A program made the translations under genes and the position numbers. Of a DNA stretch of 64,000 nucleotides, positions 9,461-19,690 are shown piece by piece. The notes beneath the pieces were generated by a model. It had not been told where the DNA came from. It made no database searches and was given only the letters and a program-made list of their open reading frames with translations. The stretch is taken from the NCBI GenBank assembly GCA_963705505.1, contig CAVPJU010000003.1:24021-88020 (forward strand), written 5' to 3'. Source of the DNA: an uncultured bacterium (GTDB lineage: Bacteria; Desulfobacterota_D; UBA1144; Nemesobacterales; UBA2774). Position 1 is the stretch's first letter. Each line of letters begins with the position of its first letter.

Positions 9461-12400
9461 CTATTTATCTTTTTTCTTTCCCTTGGGTTTGGATTTCTTC
9501 GCGATAAAGTTCTTGAGCTCCGTCAGGTCAGACGCGAGGAGTTCCTTTACCCTCTCGCCGTTGACTCGGGCGACGATGATGTGCCCTATCTCCGTGTTGA
9601 CCTCCTCGTATATCCCTATGGCCTTCATACCCTGGGCCTGCTTCTGGTTATCCTCAGTCGGGCTCACATAGTGTATGGATCCGGCCTTATATCTGTGGAT
9701 AAGGAACAGATGGAGCAAAGCCATGAGCCTTTTCTGCCGGAACTTCTTGTCGAAAGTGTTCTGGTCCCTGATGGACACGAAGTTGTTTCCCCAGCGGTCG
9801 TGAATCGTTGCGAAAATCACGTCCGCCACCTTGTTTCCGACCTCATCGGCTACCGAAAGCTCCAGGAGCTCCGATCCTGCCGTATGCGGCCTCAGCTTTA
9901 CGCCCAGGCGTCCCGGTATGCCGTAGTGCTCGGACCAGAGCTCGAGCCAGTCCTCGAGTATCCTCGGCGGGACCTCCGTTTCGACCAGGTGCTGGACCTG
10001 TGTCGAGCCCTTGCCCATTGCGACCGTCGTCGCCGTACGGCCCGAAGAAGCGGCGAGCGCGCCGTCGAGACGCGGCCCTCCGACCAATGTCTGGGGCGTC
10101 CTGTAAGGGGAGTCGAGCAGCCTGAACTTCCTCTGGAGCCTCGCAAGGGCTAACATTCCGTCCTGCTTCAGCGCCGTCGCGAACTCCTCCGCGGCGAGCC
10201 CGTCTATCTGGTGTCCGCCGTAGGTGATAAAGTCGAATACGTAGCCGAGCTTCCCTATCTCTTTGGGGAAGTTCCTCATCTCTTCCTCGCTCATACCCGT
10301 CGTATCCCAGTTGAAGGAAGGAGACAGGTTGTAGGCGAGCATCTTGTCCGGGAACTCCGCGTGTATTGCCTCCGCGAATTCCCTCGCCTCTTCGTAGTTT
10401 GCAGTTTTAGTTTCCATCCATATCAGGTCGGCGTAAGGAGCGACGGCGAGCGATTTAGCGATGGCGTACTCTATTCCGCCCTTCACCTGATAATAGCCCT
10501 CGGGAGTCCTCGAAAGCTCGCAGTCCCATGGGGCTTCGATCCCCATCTGTTTCGCCCTGTCCCTCGCGTGCTGGTAGGAGGCGTGCTTCGCGAATTCGAA
10601 CCACTCCTCTATAGTCATCCCGAGGCTCCTGCCCTCTTCTATGGCGAACTCCATCTGCTCGGCGACCGCCTGGTCATAGGTCATAAGACCGGACTCCACT
10701 TCCCAGGTCTCGACGAACTTGCTGGCTGCGTTCTCGAGCGGCTTCGTGATACTCCTTTCCTTCCCTTCCTTGAGCGCCTGAATGCTCTTGTCTATTATGG
10801 GCGTGAGGCCTACCTTGTCGAACCAGGCATAAGCCTCCTCGTATTCGTCGTCCGATATTTTGTAGAGCATGAAGCCGTTCACATCGGTAATGCCCTTGTC
10901 ATAGAATCTTTTCAGGATTGCGAGATAACAGTTCTTATATCCGGGGAGGTTCGTATTCGTAGCCCCGAGTATGAACGGCTGATCGCGCTCGTCGCCTCGT
11001 CCGTCGAGCAGATTGGCTGCTTCGGCGTCAGTCCTCGCGACGATGATTCCGGGGACCTTCATTATGTCGAGCTGGAACCGGGCGGCGTTTAACCTCTTTA
11101 TCTGCTCGTCTACCGGAACGAGCGCCTTTCCGCCCTGATGGCCGCATTTTTTTGTGCCGGGCTTCTGGTCCTCAATGTGATACCCGGTCACGCCCGCTTC
11201 GACGAACCTCTTGATAAGGTTCCTTACGTGGGCGTCTCCGCCGTGGCCCGTATCGGCGTCAGCTATTATGAACGGCCTGTAATCGACCTTCGGCGTGGCC
11301 TTCCTCTCCTTCTCCGACATCCTCGACCTCATGAACTTCTGGTTCCGGTCGGCCGTGAGCAGGGCGCGGACAAGCCCCGCGGCTTCATCGGGCACCTGGC
11401 TCAGCGGATAGCTTGCGAGGTCGGGTCCCGGGTCCTCGGAGAACGAGCCCTTTGCGGAAGTCGCCCAGCCGCCGAGGTATACCCCTTCGATGCCGATTCG
11501 CTTCATCGCCACGATCTGTCCCGGCGAGTAGGGGCCGAATGTCGTTATCTGCTCGCCCCTGGCGAATAGCTCTCTCAGCCTGTTGTAGAATTCCTCGGAG
11601 TATTTTCTTGCAACCGAATGGTCCGTCTCCATCGTCCCCGCCTGCTGAACGACCTGACGGGCGGAGTAAAGACGCCTGATGCCCTTGAACCTCGGCTTCG
11701 CGAACCAGTCCTTCATTTCCCTGACTTCCCTCTCGAACGAATCGAGCTCGTCTTCGAGCGATGTGTCGAGGCGCGTGTCGGGCAGGAAGTCCAGGTTCTC
11801 CGTGATCCTGGTTCCGTCTTTCTTGAACGCGTCCATATACTGCTTTATCCTGATCTTTGCCGTTGATAGGTCGTGGTTGTTAAGGTTTATATTGAGCAGG
11901 TCTATGTACCAGGGCGTCTTTATGTTGTCGAGCACGTAAGTTTCCACTATCTCCCTCGCTATGGGGAGCGTAGTGGGCTTCGAGTCATCGTGGACGTCCT
12001 TGTCCTTTGCGGCGAGCAGCTTGTCGTATTCCTCGGCGAGGAGCCTTTCAAATAGATCGGACGTAAATATATCGCCCGCCTTGACCTCGGTCTCCTTATC
12101 GTCTTCCGTTAACACCGCCCCCTTGTCCACCCATTCCCAGAGGATGCTGAGGCGTATTTCGCCCGTGGCCATATCCTCCATCAAATATAGTATGTCGTCG
12201 TTGCCGAAGAAATCGGCTGGCTTCAAAGCCGCCGCCTGAAATCCCTGTCCGAATGCGTTCCCGTACTGAAGCGCGACCGACATGAGGTTCCTGGCCCCCC
12301 TTATAGTCCTGGGCGCGGGCTCGAGGAGTGTGAGACCTTCGGCGTCCTCATCCGTGTACGTGAGCGGCGGGAATTTTCTGCCCATCTGGTTTTCCTCTCC

Positions 12401-13708
12401 CGCTTCTTCCCATACCGGCCTTATTATGTGCACCATCTTCCAGTGCGCGACCCACTTTCCGCTTGCTCCCTCCTGCTGCTCCCTCTTCGCCCCCTCGACC
12501 GCCTTCTTCATGCCCTCTTTAACGCCCTTATCGGAGCCGACCGGGATGTTGGGCTCCATGCCGCCCTGCCATAGGGCGTAGTTGTGGTTGACGCTGGGAG
12601 TGTTGACAGCCCTCCTCACCCGGTCCTCGTAATTCCTCATATATCCGTATGTCATCGTTATCGATTCTATATTCGGGTTTATGAACGACTGGTCCCATGC
12701 CATGGCGTCCGATACGCTGTTTATGTAATCCCATCTGCCTGTATTGAATCCCGCGAAATGCCTGCCGAGCGCGGCGCGTATCTCCATAAGCTGGAATGTA
12801 GCCTCCAGCTGCTCGACGAGTACATATACCTTTATCGTGCCGAGAGGCAGGGTCAGGTGGTCCTCGAGCGCCGAAAGAAGCTCGTTCCAGAACGCGGCCT
12901 CCTCAGCCGTCTGTATCTTGGGCAGGTAGAGCACGACCGAAGAGCCGGTCTTATCGAGCTCCTGATAGTTGTTTACGACATAAAGAACGGTGTCCACGAT
13001 CGAAGCCGAAAGCATAAGACCGTTCTCGTCCCTTATGTGCCTGTCGTCCAGGTGAAGCCCCCTCGCGCGGAATATCTTTGTCGTGAACTCGAGCTGCTTT
13101 CTCCAGTCGAGAATTATTTCGTGTCCGAAAAACCCTTTCGCCCATTCGTTCATCTCCCGCGAGACCTGCTCCGCGACGTTCATGAATATGGGGTCTTTCC
13201 TTATAGCGAGTTTCAGGTTCCGCTGGTTCTCAAGCGACATCGTGTTTATCTGCCCGAGAGCGTCCTCGCCGTCGAACATCCAGCCGTCCGCCCCGGAGAG
13301 GAGCGCGTATGCCACATTCCTTATACTCTTATCAATTGAAGTGTTCGGCTTCGACGCGGGGCCCGTCCCCTGTATCCACTGCCTCTGGAGATCGTGCGGG
13401 ATATCGGATCCTACGAATTTACCGTCCCGTGCGTCCTGCACCTTTATATTAGTTCTCGGTATGAAATCATTGGGGTTGAGGAACCTTATTCTTTCCCTGT
13501 TGCGGAAGCGCTGCGCCCTCCTGGAGTACCTTTTTTCCATCAGCATTTTCTGGTCTTTGTTGAATACCGAAAGCGCTTTCAGGGCCTCTAACACCTGAGG
13601 TGTATATACGTCTGAAAACTCGCTTTCGAGGTTATTCCTTATCTGAAGAGTCCTCGGACCCGAAATAACCCTGAACGGCTGTTTTGAAATATCATGAACG
13701 GTGCTCAT
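9461..13708 (-). CDS. Fused malate synthase (N-terminal about 560 aa) and isocitrate lyase (C-terminal about 850 aa, ICL2-type with an extra C-terminal domain): a bifunctional glyoxylate-shunt enzyme in one 1415-aa polypeptide
   Basis: Uninterrupted ORF. The N-terminal half carries the malate synthase A signature [12 protein letters not shown] (compare GLNCGRWDYIFS). The C-terminal half carries the isocitrate lyase signature KKCGHQGGK, the ICL N-terminal block ([14 protein letters not shown]) and a long ICL2-like C-terminal extension. RBS AAGGAGAAGGAG lies upstream of the ATG at 13708. Confidence 0.85.
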   Translation of the reverse strand: MSTVHDISKQPFRVISGPRTLQIRNNLESEFSDVYTPQVLEALKALSVFNKDQKMLMEKRYSRRAQRFRNRERIRFLNPNDFIPRTNIKVQDARDGKFVGSDIPHDLQRQWIQGTGPASKPNTSIDKSIRNVAYALLSGADGWMFDGEDALGQINTMSLENQRNLKLAIRKDPIFMNVAEQVSREMNEWAKGFFGHEIILDWRKQLEFTTKIFRARGLHLDDRHIRDENGLMLSASIVDTVLYVVNNYQELDKTGSSVVLYLPKIQTAEEAAFWNELLSALEDHLTLPLGTIKVYVLVEQLEATFQLMEIRAALGRHFAGFNTGRWDYINSVSDAMAWDQSFINPNIESITMTYGYMRNYEDRVRRAVNTPSVNHNYALWQGGMEPNIPVGSDKGVKEGMKKAVEGAKREQQEGASGKWVAHWKMVHIIRPVWEEAGEENQMGRKFPPLTYTDEDAEGLTLLEPAPRTIRGARNLMSVALQYGNAFGQGFQAAALKPADFFGNDDILYLMEDMATGEIRLSILWEWVDKGAVLTEDDKETEVKAGDIFTSDLFERLLAEEYDKLLAAKDKDVHDDSKPTTLPIAREIVETYVLDNIKTPWYIDLLNINLNNHDLSTAKIRIKQYMDAFKKDGTRITENLDFLPDTRLDTSLEDELDSFEREVREMKDWFAKPRFKGIRRLYSARQVVQQAGTMETDHSVARKYSEEFYNRLRELFARGEQITTFGPYSPGQIVAMKRIGIEGVYLGGWATSAKGSFSEDPGPDLASYPLSQVPDEAAGLVRALLTADRNQKFMRSRMSEKERKATPKVDYRPFIIADADTGHGGDAHVRNLIKRFVEAGVTGYHIEDQKPGTKKCGHQGGKALVPVDEQIKRLNAARFQLDIMKVPGIIVARTDAEAANLLDGRGDERDQPFILGATNTNLPGYKNCYLAILKRFYDKGITDVNGFMLYKISDDEYEEAYAWFDKVGLTPIIDKSIQALKEGKERSITKPLENAASKFVETWEVESGLMTYDQAVAEQMEFAIEEGRSLGMTIEEWFEFAKHASYQHARDRAKQMGIEAPWDCELSRTPEGYYQVKGGIEYAIAKSLAVAPYADLIWMETKTANYEEAREFAEAIHAEFPDKMLAYNLSPSFNWDTTGMSEEEMRNFPKEIGKLGYVFDFITYGGHQIDGLAAEEFATALKQDGMLALARLQRKFRLLDSPYRTPQTLVGGPRLDGALAASSGRTATTVAMGKGSTQVQHLVETEVPPRILEDWLELWSEHYGIPGRLGVKLRPHTAGSELLELSVADEVGNKVADVIFATIHDRWGNNFVSIRDQNTFDKKFRQKRLMALLHLFLIHRYKAGSIHYVSPTEDNQKQAQGMKAIGIYEEVNTEIGHIIVARVNGERVKELLASDLTELKNFIAKKSKPKGKKKDK

Positions 13709-13767
13709 GTGGCTCCTTCTCCTTACTTGGCGTTATTGCTTGCAAAATTTTAAAAAAGGGAACAATC

Positions 13768-13795
13768 ATTATAATGCAACCGACCTACAAATCAA
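13768..13795 (-). promoter_or_regulatory. Sigma70-type promoter for the malate synthase-ICL gene (TTGATT-N16-TATAAT on the minus strand)
   Basis: Minus strand reads TTGATT tgtaggtcggttgcat TATAAT. The -10 is the complement of 13768-13773 and the -35 is the complement of 13790-13795. This leaves a roughly 55-nt leader before the ATG at 13708. Confidence 0.45.
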
Positions 13796-13876
13796 ATAAA
13801 AACTCAATATCCTGCCGTATTCCTTAACAATTTTAATATACGGAAGTATTTCTGCAATAGAGCGGCACACGGTCTA

Positions 13877-13894
13877 ATTGTGCGAATGCACAAT
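13877..13894. promoter_or_regulatory. Palindromic candidate operator ATTGTGC-GAAT-GCACAAT, about 85 bp upstream of the -35 of the MS-ICL promoter
   Basis: Perfect 7-bp inverted arms around a 4-nt centre, inside a 780-bp AT-rich non-coding region. No other convincing gene is nearby. Confidence 0.3.
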
Positions 13895-14240
13895 ACATGC
13901 TCAGGTCATATGTTATAGTACCCTGCCCCTTATAAAAACATTTTACCCGTTTTTATGCCCTTGTGAATTGCCCGGCGATAATTTTTCAAAACCTTTAAAT
14001 AACAAGGTGTGTCCGGTTAATTTTACTGTTGTTTTATATAAAATGATTTTATTCCGCTTTAATTAAATCCAGGAGTTATAACTATATAGGACATTTATGA
14101 GCTCGCTAAGATACGCGCAGGCCGGGGACCTCGCGCTCGCGACGGTGATAGAGCTAATCCTCGTGCCCGTCTTCTACGCGATATTCGTGCTTGACCTCAA
14201 GATTATAAAATGGGGAAATAATAGCTAGATCGTGTGTGCG

Positions 14241-14378
14241 GCATTCGACCCTTCGACAGGCTCAGGGCGAACGGGTTTAAAAGATGAGACCCTAAAACGG
14301 GTTCAAGGCGACTAATCTTAATGAATGAAAGGTTACACCCCCATCCTAACCTTCCCCCTTTCTAAGGGGAAAGGAAAG
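14241..14378. repeat. Composite intergenic repeat: family-C unit (CCCTTCGACAGGCTC...) plus family-B hairpin unit (CCATCCTAACC + CCCCCTTTCTAAGGGGAAAGG)
   Basis: The family-C core CCCTTCGACAGGCTC recurs at 26604 and the family-B unit recurs at 22088, 32521 and 36698 (last copy inverted), all read directly from the sequence. Confidence 0.45.
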
Positions 14379-14484
14379 AATAATTGTCGTAGGAGACACA
14401 CAGTAATTATGGGAACAGACTATTTGTGTGAGCGCAGATTCTGCACCATAGATTGTGTGCACCTGATTCAGAAGAAGCTTTCTA

Positions 14485-15879
14485 TTATTTGAGCTCGTTC
14501 AGCTCTTTGGTTATGTTGCCCACTACGGCGCGGGCGTCGCCGAATACCATTATGGTCTTATCGTTAAAATAGAGCTCGTTCTCGATCCCCGCAAATCCCG
14601 GGTTCATGCTGCGCTTTATGACCATTATCTGCTTGGCCTTATCAACGTCGAGAATCGGCATTCCGTAAATGGGGCTCGCCGCGTCATGGCGCGCCGCCGG
14701 GTTCGTCACGTCGTTTGCGCCTATAACTAGCGCCACGTCCGCTTCCGGAAATTCGGGATTTATGTCGTCCATATCGAAAAGCACGTCGTAGGGCACGTTC
14801 GCTTCGGCAAGGAGCACGTTCATGTGCCCGGGCATCCTCCCCGCTACGGGATGTATCGCGTATTTGACGTCGGTGCCGCGCTCCTTGAGGATATCGGCCA
14901 TCTCTCTTACCCCGTGCTGAGCCTGCGCGGCCGCCATTCCGTATCCGGGGACGATTATGACCGATTTCGCCTTCGCGAATATCTCCGCGGCCTCTTTCGG
15001 CGTGCCGGAGCGGACGGTTTTAGCGCCTGCCTCTTCGGCAGGTACTGCGGCCCCGTCAGACGGCGTTATCTTTCCGAATGCGCCGAACAGCACGTTTGTG
15101 AAAGACCGGTTCATCGCCCTGCACATGATAATTGACAGTATGAAGCCCGAGGCGCCGTCGATCGCTCCGCCGATGATCAGGATTTTATTGTTAAGCGCGA
15201 AACCCAGAAGCGCCGCTGAAATACCGGCGTACGAGTTCAATATCGATATGACAGTCGGCATGTCCGCGGCTCCTATGGGCAGGATCAGCATCACGCCGAA
15301 CGTGAGGGCGAGGACAAGGCCGAGGTAGAAAAGGAAGCCGGTCGTGGGCACGAATACAAGGTAGATGACGATTAAGGCAATAACCCCGAGGAGGGATACG
15401 TTAAAAATGTTCTGGCCTTTATACGTCCAGGGCGCTCCCGGCAGGATGCCCTGTAATTTTCCGAAGGCCATCATGCTTCCGGTGAACGTCAGGCTCCCGA
15501 GCATGACCTCCGAGCCTATGGAAGTCATTCTCACCGTATTGAGGTCCTGGCCGTGGTAATATTCCGCGATCCCGACCAGGGCCGCAGCGAGAGCTCCGAA
15601 CGCATGCGATAACGCGGTTCGTTCGGGCATCTTCGTCATCGGAGTCCATGCCGCGATACCTATACCGGCTATAGAGCCTATGATAAGGCCGACGACGATC
15701 CACTCGTAGCTTATTATTTCACTCTGTATGAGGGTCCCGATAATGGCCATGGTCATTCCGAGGGCGGCGAGTTTCTGGCCGCGCCTGGCCGTTTCGGGCG
15801 AGTTCAGACCCTTGAGTCCGAGGATGAACAGTATGGCTGATATGAGATATATTAGGTTAGTAAAAATATGGCTCGTCAT
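14485..15879 (-). CDS. pntB: NAD(P) transhydrogenase subunit beta (PntB)
   Basis: 464 aa with N-terminal TM helices and a C-terminal NADP(H)-binding domain. Typical PntB blocks are present (GYGMAAAQAQH, AIHPVAGRMPGHMNVLLAEA). Its start overlaps the pntAB stop in an ATGA arrangement. Confidence 0.9.
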   Translation of the reverse strand: MTSHIFTNLIYLISAILFILGLKGLNSPETARRGQKLAALGMTMAIIGTLIQSEIISYEWIVVGLIIGSIAGIGIAAWTPMTKMPERTALSHAFGALAAALVGIAEYYHGQDLNTVRMTSIGSEVMLGSLTFTGSMMAFGKLQGILPGAPWTYKGQNIFNVSLLGVIALIVIYLVFVPTTGFLFYLGLVLALTFGVMLILPIGAADMPTVISILNSYAGISAALLGFALNNKILIIGGAIDGASGFILSIIMCRAMNRSFTNVLFGAFGKITPSDGAAVPAEEAGAKTVRSGTPKEAAEIFAKAKSVIIVPGYGMAAAQAQHGVREMADILKERGTDVKYAIHPVAGRMPGHMNVLLAEANVPYDVLFDMDDINPEFPEADVALVIGANDVTNPAARHDAASPIYGMPILDVDKAKQIMVIKRSMNPGFAGIENELYFNDKTIMVFGDARAVVGNITKELNELK

Positions 15880-16178
15880 TTCTGGCTCTTGTCATCACCT
15901 TTTTTAAACATTTTCAGCATACGCTCCGTGATCAAAAATCCGCCGACTACGTTACACATCGCACAGGCAACGGCGACGGTTCCGAGTACGGTAACGACCG
16001 TGCCGTGCTTACTTCCCGCAATGAGGATCGCCGCGACTACGGAGATTGCGGATATGGCATTGGTAGCCGACATGAGCGGGGTATGGAGGAGCGGGGGCAC
16101 ACGCGATATAACGATAAATCCTAAAAATGCTGCAAGAATGAATATATACAATCCCGCGACTAATAGTGCTGAATCCAT
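15876..16178 (-). CDS. pntAB: NAD(P) transhydrogenase subunit alpha part 2 (PntAB; small membrane subunit)
   Basis: 100 aa with three TM helices, lying between pntAA and pntB in the usual three-gene split arrangement. RBS AAGGAG is upstream. Confidence 0.85.
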   Translation of the reverse strand: MDSALLVAGLYIFILAAFLGFIVISRVPPLLHTPLMSATNAISAISVVAAILIAGSKHGTVVTVLGTVAVACAMCNVVGGFLITERMLKMFKKGDDKSQK

Positions 16179-16197
16179 GAGACGGTATCTCCTTTCT

Positions 16198-17331
16198 TTA
16201 TTTCACGGCTTCTTTTATGGCCGGATGCACGATCTGTCCCCCGTGAGTTATCAGCGAACCCTTAATTATATCGTCCGCGAGGTCGATATTAGCGGACTTC
16301 CCGTCAGGCGATATCAGGTTTAAAAACGCGAGTATATTCCTCGCGTAGAGCACGCTCGCGTGGACAGGCATGTTGCTCGGAATATTGTAGAAGCCTATTA
16401 TCGTTACGCCGTGTTTCACTGCTTCCTTACCGGGCTCGGAAAGCGCGCAGTTACCCCCCTGCTCCACCGCCATGTCCACGATGACTGAGCCGGGCTTCAT
16501 CTCTTTAACCATCTCTTCCGTGATAAGTATCGGGGCGCGTTTTCCGGGGATGAGCGCCGTTGTGATAATGACGTCCGCGTCCTTGGAATGCTTGCGGATC
16601 AGCTCCTGCTCGTTTTTATAAAACTCGGGCGACAGCTCTTTCGCGTAACCCCCCACGTCCTCCGCCTGCTCATGAGGGACCTCGAGGGATACGAATTCAG
16701 CGCCCAGGCTCTTTACCTGCTCTCCCGCCGCCGGCCTTACGTCAAACGCGGTCACGACTGCTCCCAAACGCTTGGCGGTAGCGATCGCCTGAAGCCCTGC
16801 AACGCCCGCTCCTATGATGATTACCCTCGCAGGGTGTATCGTTCCCGCAGCCGTGGAGAGCATAGGAAAAAACCTGCCGCACGCGTTTGCCGCCATCAGG
16901 ACGACTTTATAACCGGCGACGGTGCTCATGGTGGAGAGTGCGTCCATGCGCTGAGCGCGCGTTATCCTCGGGACCATTTCCATGGATAAGGAGCTGATAT
17001 TGTGCTCGGCGAGCTTCTTTACGACATCAGGGCTCGAAAAAGGCTGTAGAAAAGATATGACGACGGCCCCGGGTTTCATATGGCCTATCTCGTCGGTCGT
17101 TGGCTTATTCACCTTGAGGAGCACATCGGCATCCGAGAGCACCGCGTCCCTGCCGGGGGCGATCTTCGCTCCGGATTCCTCTAATTCTCGGTCGCTGATG
17201 AAAGCCGCCTCACCAGCTCCCGCCTCGATTACCACCTCCATTCCCGCCTTCGTCATCTTGCCGACGGTCTCGGGGACGGCGGCGATCCGGCGCTCACCTT
17301 CCAATGACTCTTTAATTACTCCGACTCGCAC
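16198..17331 (-). CDS. pntAA: NAD(P) transhydrogenase subunit alpha part 1 (PntAA; AlaDH/PNT domain with NAD(H)-binding Rossmann fold)
   Basis: Rossmann motif IIGAGVAGLQA and AlaDH/PNT N-terminal domain. I prefer the GTG at 17331 because GGAGA lies 5 nt upstream; the ORF-track start at 17343 is also a GTG. Confidence 0.85.
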   Translation of the reverse strand: MRVGVIKESLEGERRIAAVPETVGKMTKAGMEVVIEAGAGEAAFISDRELEESGAKIAPGRDAVLSDADVLLKVNKPTTDEIGHMKPGAVVISFLQPFSSPDVVKKLAEHNISSLSMEMVPRITRAQRMDALSTMSTVAGYKVVLMAANACGRFFPMLSTAAGTIHPARVIIIGAGVAGLQAIATAKRLGAVVTAFDVRPAAGEQVKSLGAEFVSLEVPHEQAEDVGGYAKELSPEFYKNEQELIRKHSKDADVIITTALIPGKRAPILITEEMVKEMKPGSVIVDMAVEQGGNCALSEPGKEAVKHGVTIIGFYNIPSNMPVHASVLYARNILAFLNLISPDGKSANIDLADDIIKGSLITHGGQIVHPAIKEAVK

Positions 17332-17596
17332 TAGTATCTCCACTCAGGATAAAAATCAGCGGCTTCAAATTACCTAACCTTCAATCCGCCGTCAATACCT
17401 GATATATATAATATAATCAGACACCAGATCCAAGCCCTATTTCTACGTTCCAAAAACCCAATGCTTTATGATTCTATTAGTATTTTCCAATCAGTCAAGT
17501 TTAGGAGTCCTATATGATTAAAATTAAATCTTGAGGGTCCCGGCGAGACGTATTACGAATCACGCGAAACCGCGCAGGGCCGGAGCCGCGAAGCGG

Positions 17597-17941
17597 TCAT
17601 TCGTCTTTTCCGTCCCTCTTCTTTCCGGAGGCGGGGAATAGCCAGCCGAGCGATACGAGGTTGAGGAAGGTTTCGAGGAAACCGGCTCCGGCGTTGTCGT
17701 CCCCACCGCGGTCGTCCTCGAACTCGGCGTTACGGATCACGCTCTGTATGAGCTCCTTCGCGTCCTCGTATATGTCTTCGGGGACCATAATCGTCTTCGC
17801 GTTTAACGAGCTCATATATGCGCCCGTATACATCGACCCGAAGTGCTCGTTCTGGACATAATAAGGCATATCCGAGGCCTCGAACATGCTTTTCAGGAAC
17901 ACGAGCTCCGACTCATCAGAAGGCGTATATAGTTTTTTCAT
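17597..17941 (-). CDS. DUF2007-family protein (putative signal-transducing protein)
   Basis: A 115-aa product from the ATG at 17941 (MKKLYTP...). The DUF2007 pattern is present. The upstream 52 codons of the ORF-track entry have no RBS. Confidence 0.55.
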   Translation of the reverse strand: MKKLYTPSDESELVFLKSMFEASDMPYYVQNEHFGSMYTGAYMSSLNAKTIMVPEDIYEDAKELIQSVIRNAEFEDDRGGDDNAGAGFLETFLNLVSLGWLFPASGKKRDGKDE

Positions 17942-18170
17942 TTTAATACTATGAGCGCGTATTCCGCTGAAGCCCCGAATCCATCCGCAGACGAAAACCC
18001 GGACTGTGCCGGAAACGCCGGTCAATAGCGAATAATGTACCCGAATTCTCGATACTATATAAAAGCATAAACCCGGCGGGAGCGGAAAATCCCGCACATT
18101 TAATTAAACCCGGTCTCTAAAAATGATATAATTAACTCCAATATTCGTCTATTCCCGGGAGAAAGCCGAA

Positions 18171-18641
18171 ATGCAGACACTTGAATCGATACTGAGCGAG
18201 CACTACTGCTTTAAGGGGCTCGACAAGAAGTACCTGGATATGATCGTGAAGAAGGCGTACGACGCCAGCTTCAAGGAAGGGGATTTCATATTCCACGAGA
18301 ACGATAAGGCGGACAAGCTCTACATAATCCAGGAGGGCATAGTAGCCCTCGAAACGAGACTCGCGCCCGACAGGGACCCATTAACGATTCAAATGATCGG
18401 AGAGGGCGACGTGCTCGGGTGGGCCTGGCTGTTTCCGCCCTATTTGTGCCATTTCGACGCCAAGACCGTCGCGCCCACGCGGGCGGTCGTGCTCGACGGC
18501 ACTTTTATCCGCACAAAATGCGAGGAGGACCACGACCTGGGCTACGAGCTTTTAAAAAGGTTCGCTTATATAATCCAGCAGAGGCTCCAGGCGGTGAGGC
18601 TCCAGAATCCCAACATGTACGTCGTGAAACCCAAATCCTGA
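18171..18641 (+). CDS. Cyclic nucleotide-binding (CAP effector-type) domain protein with no DNA-binding domain
   Basis: 156 aa carrying the FKEGDFIFHENDKADKLYIIQEGIV...GEGDVLG cNMP-binding beta-roll signature. Confidence 0.7.
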   Translation: MQTLESILSEHYCFKGLDKKYLDMIVKKAYDASFKEGDFIFHENDKADKLYIIQEGIVALETRLAPDRDPLTIQMIGEGDVLGWAWLFPPYLCHFDAKTVAPTRAVVLDGTFIRTKCEEDHDLGYELLKRFAYIIQQRLQAVRLQNPNMYVVKPKS

Positions 18642-18710
18642 AAAGCATCCGTAGGGGGAATAACGACAGGCAGCGGTAAGGGAGATAAGCTCTAAACCCG
18701 CCCGCGGGTC

Positions 18711-19106
18711 TTATTGATCCCGAAGCTCCTTCGCCTTGAGACTCCTTACCGCGAGCTTGAGCGTGTTGAACCCCAGGTGCGCGCAGTTTGGCCTCGTGGT
18801 TACGAGCCTTTTGCCGAGTATATCGGTTATGACGTCGGGCGGCATCGCCTCTATCTCGGAGAGGGTCTTCCCCACCGCCTTCTCGAGCATGATGGATGTA
18901 CCAGCCTGACTCACCATACACCCTTCGCCCTCGAAGCTCACGCGGCGCACTACTCCCTCCGCGTCCGCATCCATGTATATGGTTACGATGTCCCCGCAGC
19001 CGGGGTTCCCGCCCTTCTGAACGACTCCCGCATTATCGATCGGGCCGTGGTTCCTCGGGTTCTTGTAGTGCTCGAGGATGAGCTCCATTAATTCATCGTG
19101 GTCCAT
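18711..19106 (-). CDS. Fe-S cluster assembly scaffold, NifU/IscU/SufU-like
   Basis: HYKNPRNHG...GNPGCGD...C...C scaffold motifs. Start chosen at MDHDEL (ATG at 19106) by comparison with IscU/SufU N-termini; alternative ATGs exist at 19121 and 19163. Confidence 0.7.
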   Translation of the reverse strand: MDHDELMELILEHYKNPRNHGPIDNAGVVQKGGNPGCGDIVTIYMDADAEGVVRRVSFEGEGCMVSQAGTSIMLEKAVGKTLSEIEAMPPDVITDILGKRLVTTRPNCAHLGFNTLKLAVRSLKAKELRDQ

Positions 19107-19168
19107 GCTTTCTCTGTGCATCGAAGATTTATTGCCGGCAAGCGGGCCTGACGGACGGCCCATCCCGC

Positions 19169-19594
19169 CTAGTGGACGGTAACAGCCTCTTTCACCGCGC
19201 TCCTGATGCGGTTATACACCGCGGAGAGACCGAACATGCGCCTCGTGCCCAGCTTCCTGTCGAGACTCAGGCTGTGTATAAGGTTCTCGGGAGCCGATTC
19301 CAGTTCCTCGGGCGGGACGCCGCTGAACGCGTCCACGAGGAGCGAGACGAAACCCCTCACCGTCGGGGACTCCCTGGGCACGTCCGCATAGATCCTCACC
19401 TTCCCGTCCTTAATGTCGACGAAGATAAAAACAGGGGTCTCGCATTCGGGCACGCGGTTATATCCCGCGTCCCTGGCGTCCCTGTATTCCACGGGCAGCG
19501 GAGGCAGAGACTCCGAGTAATCGAGGAGCATGGAGAGCGTCTCCTGATAATCGGCTTCCTGAAACTGCCCTATTATTTCTTCGATCCTAGTCAT
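19169..19594 (-). CDS. sufE: SufE-family sulfur acceptor protein
   Basis: 141 aa, SufE/CsdE domain pattern including the conserved Cys (PECETP). Lies downstream of the rhodanese gene in the same operon. Confidence 0.75.
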   Translation of the reverse strand: MTRIEEIIGQFQEADYQETLSMLLDYSESLPPLPVEYRDARDAGYNRVPECETPVFIFVDIKDGKVRIYADVPRESPTVRGFVSLLVDAFSGVPPEELESAPENLIHSLSLDRKLGTRRMFGLSAVYNRIRSAVKEAVTVH

Positions 19595-19690
19595 GATTTC
19601 AGAATAATAATCCCGTCAGCTATAAAAAAAGGGATGCATCGTTAATAGCCGAGCATCCCCTTGATTCTAATTATAATAGTACCTAGGAAC

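Noticed and set aside
10211-13598. Multiple plus-strand ORFs (10211-11092, 12584-13339, 13083-13598 and others) inside the MS-ICL gene
   Set aside because: They are antisense to a gene with strong homology signatures. They have GC-rich, codon-biased third positions on the wrong strand and no start context.
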